Shown here piece after piece: positions 26,561 through 38,040 of a stretch of DNA of 64,000 nucleotides. The notes beneath the pieces are model-generated. The model was given only the letters and a program-made list of their open reading frames with translations, made no database searches and was not told where the DNA came from. Source of the DNA: Camelus dromedarius (lineage: Eukaryota). The stretch lies in NCBI RefSeq assembly GCF_036321535.1, contig NC_087436.1, positions 86,120,001 to 86,184,000 on the forward strand. Reading direction: 5' to 3'. Both the position numbers and the translations under genes were made by a program. The first letter of the stretch is position 1; every line of letters starts with the position of its first letter.

Positions 26561-28399
26561 TATTGTTTTTCAGGAAGAGAAGTTTCAGAGAGAGGCTCAA
26601 ATCAGTAGTTAAGAGGGTCTGTTGCCCCAGGTTGTCTCTCTGGAGGATGGAGCTCAGGGACCCTCTTCACTCGAGTGTGATGTACACACGGAGTGATCCC
26701 CTGCAATGTCAGGGCAGAATGGCTGGTTAGCATCACCAAGTGGGCTCCGTTCCACTTAGGAGTGAGCTGATCTCATGGGCTGCTGGTTTTCAGATGCACC
26801 CAGTCTCCTGGCCAGAAGGGGAGGGCCGGGTCAGTGGGTGCAGGCAGCACCTGGTTACCACATGCACGGAGGGCTTTCATGGTTTCTCCTACCTGAAGGG
26901 CATATTGAGTTGTTCCATTTCAAGGGGGCTAAGGTGTCCCTTCTCTCGGGCTTGGGGGATGGGTCTACCATATATGAGTTCAAATTTAACTATAACTTAT
27001 CCCCTGTGGCTAACCACATACAGAGAAAGGCAATTGGGAGTAACTTGATCCAGTCTTCTTGAGTTCCCCTGACACAGTTGGGTTGGCTAAGGCCCATTAT
27101 AAGGTCTGACTGGATCGCTCTACTTTCCCCCATGATGGGGTCTCAAGGCTGAGTGTAAGGTCCATTTTATGCCCTGGGCACCTGTTATTCCTTTTGTTAC
27201 TGGAAGAAGGAATGCTGGGTCATTCTTACTCTGTAGGGATCCTGGGAGCCCAAACCTGGGGATTATCTCTTTTAGTAATACTTTAGTCATTTGGGCTGCC
27301 ATTTCCATTTCCGTTCTAGTGGGGAAAGATTCTACCCACCTTGAAAATATGTCCACTAGCACCAAGAGATACCTAAAAGTGCTGGTATTGTCATGTCTCA
27401 GCATGACAGCAAAATCAGTCTGCCAGTCTTCCTCAGGATATGTCCCTCTGGTCTGAATGGGCTTTATCTGGGGGCCTCTGGGGAGTCTGGTGTTGGCGCT
27501 GTTCATTGGGCAGATGCAGCAGGTCTCAACTATCTGACCGAGTATACTTTTCATGCCAGGAGTTACCATGATCTCAACTAGCCAGTTACATTGGGCTTCC
27601 CTCCCGTAACAAGTACCTATACAAGCCTCCCTTGACAGTCTGTGGTTTGGGGAAAGTATTGCCATTGCTCATTAACTAGCCACCCATGGCATCCTAGATG
27701 TCTACTGAAGCCCCGTCTCTGGGCTTTGTCTAATTCTTCCTCTGTATTGACTGTGGAGTCATTAGATGGATCTGGCCTCTCAGGTATGAGGGGTAGTTGC
27801 CAAGTTACTGGATCTAGGGCTGCCTTTTTTTTTTTTTTTTTTTGGTAGTTTCATCTGCTTTGTTTTCCTTTATTTACCTCTGTATTCTCTTTATGATGAC
27901 CCCAGCAGTGAATCACTCCCACTTTTTTCAGAAGTTGCACTGCTTCTAGGAGTCTCAAGACGATCAAGCCATGTTTCACCTGCTTATTCTCTGCAGTCAG
28001 TATACCTCTTTCCTTCCAATAGCCCCATGTGTGCATAGGATGGCATACACATACTGGGAGTCTGTGTAAACACTTAAAACCTTCCCTGTCCTGACCTATA
28101 AGGCTTAGGTGAGGGCTACCAGCTCAGCCTTTTAGGCAGAAGTCCCTGGGGGTAGGCTTCATGCCTCTATGACCTGAGTCTGGGAGATCACTTTGTATAG
28201 CAGCTTTTTTTTCCCCTCTCTCCAAAAACTGACCCCATCTGTGAACCAGTCCTCATCAGTGTTTGGGAGATGCTCACTTTCCAGGTCAGGGCAACAGGGA
28301 TAGATCATCGCTATGGTTTCTATACAATCATACTGCAGGGGCCCCATTTCTGAGGGTAGCAGGGTGGCAGGATTTAGTGCGTGAGAGGTTCTTTGTGCT

Positions 28400-28960
28400 G
28401 TTTGGTTTTTTTTTTTTTTTTAAATTAAAGTACAGTTGATTTACAATGTTGTGTTAATTTCTGGTGTGCAGCATAGTGATTCAGTTATATATATATATTC
28501 TTTTTCATATTCTTTATCATTATAGGTTATTATAAGATGTTGAATATAGTTCCCTGTGCTAAACAGTAGGACCTTGTTGTTTATCTATTTTATATATAGT
28601 AGTTTGTATCTGCTAATCCCAAACTCCTAATTTATCCCTCCCTCTTCCCCACCCCACAACCATAAGTATGTTTTCTGTGTCTGTGAATCCATTTCTGTTT
28701 TATAAATAAGTTCATATTGTGCCATTTTTAAAAGATTTCATATATATGAGGGGGAGGTCATTATGATTCTTCACTGATTTCTGCTTGGAGAAGGTACTGG
28801 GGTTTGAACCCCTGACCTCCTGGGTGCTGAGTGTGTGCTCTACCACTTGAGCTATACCCTTCTCCCAAGATTTCATATATAAGTGATATCACATGATGTT
28901 TGTCTTTGTCTGACTTACTTCACTTAGTATGATATCTCTAGGTCCATCCATGTTGCTGCA
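28400..28960 (-). mobile_element. 5'-truncated L1 3' end inserted in ERV pol
   Basis: Poly-T followed by L1 3' UTR sequence (TACAATGTTGTGTTAATTTCTGGTG...TCCATCCATGTTGCTGCA); pol resumes on both sides. Confidence 0.85.
28747..28866 (-). mobile_element. tRNA-derived SINE (vic-1-like) nested in the L1
   Basis: Pol III A/B box head on minus; 15-bp TSD AAGATTTCATATATA at 28732-28746 and 28867-28881. Confidence 0.88.
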
Positions 28961-31039
28961 AGTGTGTCACTAATGGGCTGTTTAAAAGCACAGCCTGAAC
29001 TTGAATCGGCTTTCTGAGGGTTAGCCATTCTGTTCGTTTAGAACTTACTAAAGCCTGAACCTGGTGTGGCATCCATACCATTGATTGACTATTAACTTTT
29101 CAGCCTCCTTTAACCAGGCTGTAGTAGCTGCTCCTGCCCAGAAGCAAGAAGGCCATCCCTTAACCATTTGATCTAATTGTTTAGAGAAATAAGCAACCAC
29201 ACAACTAAGGGATCCCAGTCTTTGAGCTAATATCTCCAAGGGTGATTCCCCTTCTCTCATGAGTATAAAGATCAAAAGGTTTAGCTAAGTCTGGGAGGGC
29301 CAGGGCAGGGGCTTGAAGTAATCGCTTTTTTAATGTTTGAAAGATCCCTCACATTCTGAATTCCATTCAAAAGGATCATCATCCTTTCCTTTCAATTTTT
29401 TATATAGAGCCCTTGCTATTGGACCATAGTTAGGGATCCAGATGTGGCAAAACCCAGCCACCCCCAGGAAACCCCTAAGCTGTCTTCCAGTTTTAGGAGA
29501 GGTGAGGCTGCAAATGGCCTCTTTCCCTTCCTGGGGTAGGCTTCTCTGATCTTCCGTGAGAATGAAGCCTAGGTAGGTCACCTAGCTTTTGAGATTTAAG
29601 ACTTTTTCTTGGACACCTTATATCTTTTATCAGCTAGGAGGTTCAGGGTGGTTACAGAATCTTTGTCAGAAGCCTCCTGAGTAGGGCTGGCGATCAGAGT
29701 GTCATCCACTTACATCTGGAACCCTCCTCCAGATGTAGATCTTTTAGGTCATTAGCTAAAGTTTCCCTGAAGATGGTTGAGGGGATTTTTGAAACCTTGG
29801 GGCAGAACTGTCCAGAAGTATTGTTGCTGTGGTTGCGTATTTGGGTCCTGCCACTCAAAAGCAAAAATTTCCTGTGATTCTGGGGCTAATGGAATACAGA
29901 AGAAGGCATCTTTTAAATTTAATACAGAATATTAGGTTCTAGTGGACAGTAGAGTGGCCAGTAGGGTGTAGGGATTAGAAACTACTGGATGTATATCTTT
30001 AGTGGCTTCACTGACTGCCCCGAGGTCCTGTACCATCCAGCACTCTTCAGCTGGGTTTATGAGGAGAATGGGCTGTTACAGGCTGATTGGCGTGGTCTAA
30101 TAAGCCCTGGTCCATCAGGCCCTGTATAACAGGGGCAATGCCCACAAGGCCTCCCGATGGAGAGGATACTGTCTGCTACTGGGCCATGTATGTCTGGGTT
30201 TTAGGTGGGTGTTAGATGGCTCCTAGAGCTTGTCCCACCCATCCCTGGGCCCAGACCTCGGGATTTACTCCAGGGGAGTCAATGTGCTCTGTCTAGGGAG
30301 GTTTGTCCTCAGCCATTAACATCATCATCTTGTGCCCTTTGTCTAAGGGGATATCAGTCTCCAGTTTGTCTCCTGTTAGGAGGGTAGTAGCTCTCAATTT
30401 ATGTAAGATAGCCCTTCCTAGCAGGGGTATAGAGCATTCCAGAAAGTATAGGAAAAAATAGGTGAGAGTGTATTCATCCAATTTGCGTCCTCATGGCTCT
30501 ATGAATGCCTGGTCTTGGGCCTTCCTTAATACCGTCATAATTTTACAAATCTTGTGACTAGGTTTTCCTGATCTGGTGTTGACTAAGAATTTCACAGGCT
30601 TTCCCTTTATGTCCAACATCAGCCAGGGCTCCTCGGGGTCAGTCGGAATGCCAGCTTAGAATCCCCTAGACCCATCATTCTTCATCTCTTTGGACCATCT
30701 GCCTTCAAGGGTAGTGGCTGGGCTCTGCCATTTCCATCCTCTCTTCTGGCACGGTGAGGGCATTCTCCCTTCCAGAGTCCCTTTTGTTTACATTTGGTGC
30801 ACTGATTGGGTCTTAGTTTCCTTGGCTTGCTATCTCTTGGTGGGAGCTGGGGGTCGCTCACAGAGCTGAGTCTCCACAGGTCTAGATTTCCCTGATGACT
30901 GATTGGCATTGGAGGGCAACAGCTAGTAGGTGGGCTTGCTCCAGGCCTTTTTATTCTCTGGCTTTTCCTCCTCTATATCTTGGTTATTAAACACCCAGTA
31001 GGCAACCTCAACCAGACGAGAGGTAGGGGTGTCTGGCTC

Positions 31040-31473
31040 TGAAACTGAGCGGAACCCTGTGGGACCCTCCTGGGTACAGAAGCCTTTCAGTGTCCCCCAT
31101 TCCTCATTTGTAGGAAAAAGGCTTTCAGCCTTTTAGACCTTCCCTGAGTTCCAAAGGTCAGATTCAATCAATTATGAATTAGAGAAGTGAAGGAATGCAG
31201 AAACAAAGGAAAGGCAATCAAGAAACAATAGCGCAGTGATGGTCCTGGTTCCTCCTCAAGGGGAAGGTCCTCCTCAAGCAAGGTCCTGGTTCCTCCTCAA
31301 GGGACGTATATAATCTGACACAGATCTCTGAGTGTTCTACAGGAACTAAGGCCACCACGCAGGTAGACGATGGTAACTTCAGGCTGAGCACAAGCCGGTG
31401 GACCCCCGAGTAGTCAGAACCAGAAGGCTGATGATTGAACTGTTTGTTACCTCACCACTAACCAATCAGAGGA

Positions 31474-31559
<86 letters not shown>

Positions 31560-31692
31560 CAGCTTTTTGAGCACAAGTCACCCACTCTCCTTGATTGGCC
31601 CTTGCAGTAAACCTTTCTCTGCTCCAGACTCTGATGTTTCAGATTGCTTGGCCTCACTGTGCTTTGAGCACACAAACTTGGGTTCGACAACA
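31040..31692 (+). mobile_element. Solo LTR of a different ERV family inserted antisense into gag
   Basis: TGAAACTGAG...GACAACA termini, flanks GCTC/GTTC (4-bp TSD, one mismatch), CCAAT at ~31462, AGTAAA at ~31606; gag reads KLQKLELE|PDTPTSRLVEVAY across the insertion. Confidence 0.85.
31478..31557. repeat. (AC)~40 microsatellite inside the solo LTR
   Basis: Perfect dinucleotide run. Confidence 0.98.
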
Positions 31693-33721
31693 GTTCTAAT
31701 TCCAGTTTCTGAAGTTTACACCTAAGGTTGGGGGGCACTTTGGGAAATGAATTATGACCTCAAGATTGCATTCCCTTCCAATGACTCAAGGTCAGTGGAA
31801 GTGTAGATTCCGAGGCATTCCCTGAGGCTCTCTAGGAATGCTGAAAGGTTTTCCTTGGCTCCTGATTGGTTTCCTTCAGCTTATTCCAATGGACAGGCTT
31901 CTTTCCTGCTGCCTGGATTCCCTTTAGGATCTTGCTGTTATAATGGGTCAGCCTCTGTCTGCCTCTCCCTTCCTCAGTGTCTTAGTGGTCCCAGTTACAT
32001 TTGTAATCTGGGACTGCTTGGTTCTCCAGTCTGAAAATAGCATGACCTGCATTTTGTCTGCTGCTTTACTTTCCTCTGGCCCTTTCTTCTGTGGTAGGAC
32101 TACATTGAGGAGGCTCTGGATGTCAGCCCAGGTAGGGTCATGGGTCTGAAAGATTCTTCTAATTAGATTCAGGAACCCCTCTGGACTCTTCCTCAACCCC
32201 TTACTATGACTTTTCCGGTTACACATGTAGGAAGTGGTAAACAAGACGTACACCTGGATGTGTCCTCCTCCTTCAGGAACCTGCCCAAAGGGAATACTTT
32301 TCTTAGTGGGTTGTTGGACCCTGGCTGGGATCAGTCCTGCTTCCTGTACTTGCTGCTGGGTTCTGGGGCAGGGGGCTGGTCTGGAGGGGGTTCCTCTGGC
32401 CGGTGGCACAAATCAGGACATATGAAGGAAGGTGGCAGGGAGGAGGAGGGCTGGGGAGGAGATCAAGAAGGTCTTCAGGAGGGGGGTCAAGGACTGGTAT
32501 TACCTCAGTGGAGGAGAGCCCATATCCCTTTTGAAGGCCTTTACTCGGATATATAAGGCCATGAAAAACTCATTATGGGGAGTTCCATCCCATTTCCTTT
32601 GTGTCTGGCATAGCAGGTCCAATTATAAAATGGTGCTGTAATATTTAGAGACCCATTGATGAACCAACTTTCCCCATCTCCCAGCTGGCATTGGAGCCAG
32701 GCTGTATTACATAGGAGGATTAAATGTTTTTGGGTCAGGGAATGATACCTGAAAAACTTCCAATTTTGCAAAATACACCGTAATGGATTGCCCATACCTT
32801 AGATGTTCTGTTTTGGATTTGCTTTCAACTACCCCTCAGTTGGAGTGATTTGTTGGCAGGCAAATACCACAAGATTTGACCCAAAGAAGATTTCCAGTTC
32901 AGGAATTTGGAACCAGAACCAACTGTTCATGGATTCCTCAAAGGCCCAAATAGGAGGCGTCCAAGTGGTGCGGACTCTGATATAACTGAGGGTCCCCCTT
33001 GAATTTGTAATGGACCATGCTTGAGATGTAAGTCCTTCATTCAGAATGTGCTGCAGGAGGCTTCAGGGCCTGAGCTCCTGCGCCTCCAGTTCCCCACCCC
33101 TGTGGTCCATTAGGGAGCAGCGCAGTGGCTCTGTTTTCAGAGGGAATTTCTGGATCTCCCACCACGTGAGGGCTAAGAATGCAAGGGAATCCCACAGGGT
33201 ACCCACAAGATCGCTCGGGCAGTTGACGCTTTGTGCTGAAACTGGGAGGAGAGCCAGGGGGACCTCGGTGGAGTAAGAATCACCCAAGCCTCACTCTCAA
33301 GCAGAGGGGGGAGGAGCCCTGAGGATTAAGAACAGTGGTCAGGCAGTCTGCAATTTCCTCGTCTTGCCAGCAGCTCACAGGGCTTCCTGAGCCAGGTTTC
33401 CTGGTCTTACAAGTGGCTCACAGGGCACCCCAACTCCCTTCAGAGAGAACAGTGCTAACTGGAAGAGAGGTCAAGTCACCCGTCACTACCTACTTGAGAC
33501 CCTTTTACACTCAGGCATCCCTGAGGACCTTTCCTGAATTTGCATCAAGTGTCCTCATTCCATCTGTCAGATGGTCCTCATTACCTGGGCCTTTTCCTCA
33601 TCTCGCCTGTAGGCTCACAGGGCTGCCCACTTTCCTTTACCAGATTAAAGTGACTATGGAGAAGGCTATGTTGAGCCTGGAGGTCAATGAGGGGGGCAAA
33701 AGCCCTGGTGTGGTGGCAGCA

Positions 33722-34117
33722 ACTGAGATTCAGAGGCAAAAGAAAGCTTTATTCTTGGATCAAAGAATGGAGAGGTGTGAGCTCACGCTCTGGGGTCCAC
33801 ACTCTCCAGGCAGCCGTAGTGGGGGCTGCTTTATAGGGTTCTCATCAGCCAGAAGGGGGAGGGGGTGGAGGGATGAGCTCAGTGCCAGGTGCACGCTTCT
33901 GCACACACCCCATCTCCCCCCGACAACTGAGCTGTCAATGCAGCCATTCTGCAGGAGGATCTCTGGTCTGAAGGGCTATGGGAGGCCTCTGCACACAGCA
34001 CCAGATGAGCTAGTGAAACTAGGTGAAGCACAAAGGAAGAAAAAGGTTAGACTTTATTTTATTACTCAGATTCCATTTTTATTTCCTGGGAATTGTTAAT
34101 GGGCTTTACCAGGGACA
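33722..34117 (-). mobile_element. 5' LTR of provirus (U5 end missing)
   Basis: Aligns to 25363-25855 (shared AAAGCTTTATTCTT, GTCCACACTCTCC, CTGAAGGGCT, AAAAGGTTAGACTTT, TTAATGGGCTTT); TATAAA at 33830-33835 and AATAAA at 33748-33753 on minus. Confidence 0.85.
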
Positions 34118-34121
34118 AAAA

Positions 34122-34560
34122 CTCCAGAAGCAATGTTAACTTCAGGCAAAGCTGTATCCAGCCCCTTAAACAATGTTTCCAAGGAGCTTTTGTTTTTTTT
34201 TTCCTCTCTCTCTTACTTGCTTTCTGTGGTAGAGCCTCATCCTTAGGCTCCATTTTGTGGCCCTCTGCAACTCTTATAGAAAAATAACTCCCATAATTCC
34301 ATTTCTCACACCATGCAGGGAAACAGGCAAGCTTCTCCACACTGGAAGTCCAACAAGCATCTCCTTGTATTTTATTAGCTTTGACTGTGTTGTGCTTCAC
34401 CCCAGAACCAACACACGAGGCCATGGGATATAAGCCAATCAGCCTATCCCTGGAATCTGTAGTAAGATTTTTCCCACCCAAATCACAAGACTTGGGGAAA
34501 GAAATTTTGGAGTATGGTTAGAGGAAAAGTGGAAGATGAATGCCAGGGAAATAACTAGCA
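34122..34560. mobile_element. Old ERVL-type solo LTR (LTR33-like), right part
   Basis: CTCCAGAAG...AACTTCAGGCAAAGCTGTATCCAG continues the element interrupted at 25289. Confidence 0.6.
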
Positions 34561-37500
34561 ATGATCATCACAAATACAAAAAATAACCTTTGATTGCTTT
34601 ATCCTTTGAAATTCAGCTTTAATAGCTATCAGGTCAGTCTGATAATGGAGTTAATACAACACAATTATAGTAAACCTACTCTAATAAAGCTGAATTAGCT
34701 AGGAAACAGGTAGAATTAATTCATAAGTAATAATTGAATATTTTAAAAGAATACATAGCATGTGGAACCAACTTCAGAAATAAGAATTCACTTTTAGAAA
34801 GAATGGATTTCAGCAGAGATTAGCTTCAGTTATAATTAAATTTAAAAATATGCTGAAATTATTAAAAGATTATCCTCGTCAGCAAATTAACCATATTTCT
34901 ACATCCACTCAGTGTGTTTTTCCTATTTCATGTATGTAGAGCATCCAACCTGCATATCAAGATCTACCTATAAATTCCAGCATCTTCACATTTAAACTAT
35001 ATCCCTGCAGCTGTACCTGTCTCCAGGACAGCAGCCAGAAGCTCTCAAAATCCTTTAGCAACTTGCATCACCCCCTGTCATTCATTAGTCATGGAGAAAT
35101 GAAAAGCCTTGTGTAGGCAAAAGGCTAAGGACTGTGATACAGGCAACTCTGCTGATTTTGGCTGTCCTTCTCACAGGATGGGGAATTGGTTGGCTGTGAG
35201 TTGTTCTAGGATGGCCTTTGCAGGAATACCTGGACCCTCCTCCATGTGGTCTCATCGTCCAGCAGGCTAGCCCGGGCTCATTCACAGGGCTGTGGCAGGG
35301 CTCCAGGAAAGAAGATCAAAGTATACAAAGGCTCTGGAGGTCTTCGCCTGGAGCTGGTACGCGGCCCCTTCTCCTTCGTTCTGTTGGCCAAAGCAAGTCA
35401 CAAATGCAGCCTTGCTTCAGAGGATTGGGGAAAAGACTCCACCTCTTTGTGCAAGTTGCTGCAATGACATATCGCAAAGGATGTGGATACAGGAAGCCAT
35501 TAAGGCAGCCACTAAAGCAGTCACTCTATCAAAGCTGTAAGGATTATAGGTTCAATACATATTGTGGAGGATCTAAATTGTGGTCCAGGGCAAATCGACA
35601 TCTTGAGTGAGGTGGCGGCAGCGGCAGTAGCAGTGTCCATCCAGGTTTGTGCTTGTCTTTAAAAATGTAGAACATGCACTCACTTTGAAGAGTATTAGAT
35701 TTTAAAAATTACACGTAAGCAAAGAAATCTGAAAACAGACTAAGCCTTTTAGAAGCACACTTTTATAAACCATCTGCATTCTTATCAATATTTTTCTAAA
35801 CAGTTTGGCAAATTGAATATTGCATTTTTATGGAAACTACCATACTTGTTTATAATTTGGTACAGAGATTACATCTTTTTAAAGAAAGGAGCAGGTGCAT
35901 GCTTACCTTCTTCTCATTGTAAATAGTTCCAGATGGTGACTATTCATTTCAGAAGTTTCTTAAGAAACATCTGTTCACAATATTTATATTTGACTTTATT
36001 ATATTTTCCAAAAATTTCATTTTAAATACAGTTTCCTTTAAATTAAAAAAAAAACATTCATTTTTTCCTATTCATAAGGGAAGTCTTTGCGTTAGTTTAG
36101 TCTCACTTTGTGCACAAGCTCTACATTATTATATCACAAACAAAGCTAGATTTAAATGATAACTGTGAAAGGAAAAGGGAGAGGAATACATGGAGTCTCT
36201 TATAGTATGTAATATTGTCATGCACAAATTAATTATTTCTCGATTAAGAGAATCTAATTGCTTTCAGTTTTCTTTTTCAATTGCTATATATCTGAGTTTT
36301 GCAACTGATTTTCAATAATCTCAAGGGAAAAAAACAGGTTGTGGTAGAATATTGATAGTGAAGCTGATCATTCCTCTGGTTGTATGAAAAGCTTTTATGA
36401 CAAAATGCTTTCTCCCAAAACAAAGTACATAATGATTATAAATGCAGCAAAATTGCACACCATGAAAAGACAAAATGCAGTGAAAGAAGAAAAAAAGGAA
36501 CCCTTTTCAACATTTAAACAATAGTGTACAAAAACTCTGTGTACTCATTGTAAGGAGCAGCTTTCTAAGGATTTGTAAGAATTCTAATTTGTGATATGAT
36601 GACAATAATGAGAGATGTGGACAGCTGATTTAGTACTTGGTCCAAGGTAATCCTGGGTTAGTGAAGGATCCAACCTATACGTGTTAATCCCCTGGTCCTC
36701 TCTGCTTGCCCAGTCCTCCTTCACTTATTGTTCTCAATGAAGAGATTCATATTGTGGGATAATGTGAGTATTGCTTCTCTTAGCCTGCCCAGCATTAATT
36801 CACTCTCCTTGGGGTAATGGCATCCCTCCTTTCTCTCTGGACATGTTACCCCTTCCCCTGTGACTCTCAGTCCCTGCAACCGAGATAGGTGGAGTCGACC
36901 ACAATCTCAGATATTTGTGTTGATCTTTAACTAAGATCCAGCCAACCAGAGCAACCATGCACCCTGCCTCCCTCCCCAGCCACTGTGACTGGTTCAGGGA
37001 TGGCATTCCACCCAGTCAGCCTGGCTCTGAGCCAGTCCCACTACTTTTGCTGAAGGGACCAGGCAATGGGTACTCTCTGTGCTGCTAAGTGCAAGTTTTG
37101 AAGATTAGGCCGGCTGTTCCACTGGCCTTCACTTTTCCAAGAAGGGTCTGTTTGATGGCAAGGCCAACATAGGGAAAAGTCTAGCCAAGAGTTGGGCTGG
37201 ACTCTGGTGACATTATTTGAGACCTGAAATCCAGCTATGACTGAACACTTCAGTGTTAAAAACCAGTGGAGTTCCCAGTTTTGCTAAGAGCAATTTTAGT
37301 TATTTGTCTGGGGAAGAAAGGAAAGAAGAAAAGAAAGAAAAAAAAAAAAAAAAGGAGGTCAAGCTACACACCCCAAAGAGAAAGAGCACATTCCTCTGTG
37401 CCCATTCAGGTCTCGCTAGGACAGTGCCTTTGGGTGTCACTATGTTCCCCATATTGTACACATTATTCTCTAGAAATTTGGTACGCGTATATTGGTACGA

Positions 37501-37883
37501 TTTAACAGCGAAGCAGAGTGAAAGGCAGCCATTTGCTGTCCCTGTGGTTTGCAGTCAAGATCCAGGCAGCTGGTTAATCCGGGCAACAACGTTCAGGCAC
37601 CCCCTGCAGTGCCTTTACCTGTCAGCCACCAATTCTGCCCCTGCCGCACAAAAGGATTTCCCACCGCTGAGCAGGATGGCCACTCTTTTATGACCCAGCC
37701 TGGTTGTTAGCTGCTCCTTTTTTGTGAGGAAACACAAAAAGCAGAGAAGTTTTTAGAACCAAGGAGTCATTAGATACCCAACAAAACCAGAAGGGAGAAA
37801 GGCATGTGTATCAATTGTGACTTCACATCTTCTCTCGTGAGTTGTTTCTTGTAAGCCCATTATAAAGAACAAAACAGCCTCCT

Positions 37884-38040
37884 GGGGGGAGTGGCTCAGT
37901 GGTAGAGTGTGTGCTTAGCATGCACGAGGTCCTGGGTTCAATCTCCAGTGCTTCCATTAAATATAATAATTAATAAATAAATAAACCTAATTACCTCCCC
38001 CCCAAAAAACAAAACAAAACAAAAAAGAACAAAACAAAAA
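37884..38040 (+). mobile_element. tRNA-derived SINE (vic-1-like)
   Basis: Same head and CCTAATTACCTCCCC tail as the 19.6 kb copy; AAAGAACAAAACA occurs on both flanks. Confidence 0.85.

Larger units (their letters stand above)
26700..30670 (-). pseudogene. pol: ERV pro-pol (protease, RT, RNase H, integrase), disrupted
   Basis: PR-like [24 protein letters not shown] with YVDD degraded to *VDD (~29702-29713); QLRGFLGVAGFCHIWIP; VAYFSKQLD; RNase H WFTDG and HCWGH; IN EDWQTDF...EIIPRFGLP. Confidence 0.92.
30682..32795 (-). pseudogene. gag: ERV gag, disrupted and interrupted by a solo LTR
   Basis: MA-like MGNPLRCILQNW...LILLCNTAW, Pro-rich spacer, CA-like THDPTWADIQSLL and LRCKLQKLE, NC knuckle CTKCKQKGLWKGEC (His replaced by Leu). 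Confidence 0.88.
25290..34117 (-). mobile_element. Defective gamma-like (ERV1 class) endogenous retrovirus, LTR-gag-pro-pol-env remnant-LTR
   Basis: TG...CA termini, 4-bp TSD AAAA (25286-25289 / 34118-34121), polypurine tract at ~25858-25866, two homologous LTRs, and gag, RT, RNase H, IN and TM fragments with stops and frameshifts. Confidence 0.95.

Noticed and set aside
33335..34099. 254-aa plus-strand ORF
   Set aside because: Antisense to the ERV leader and 5' LTR, GTG start, no domain; its similarity to ORF 25283-25705 only reflects LTR homology.
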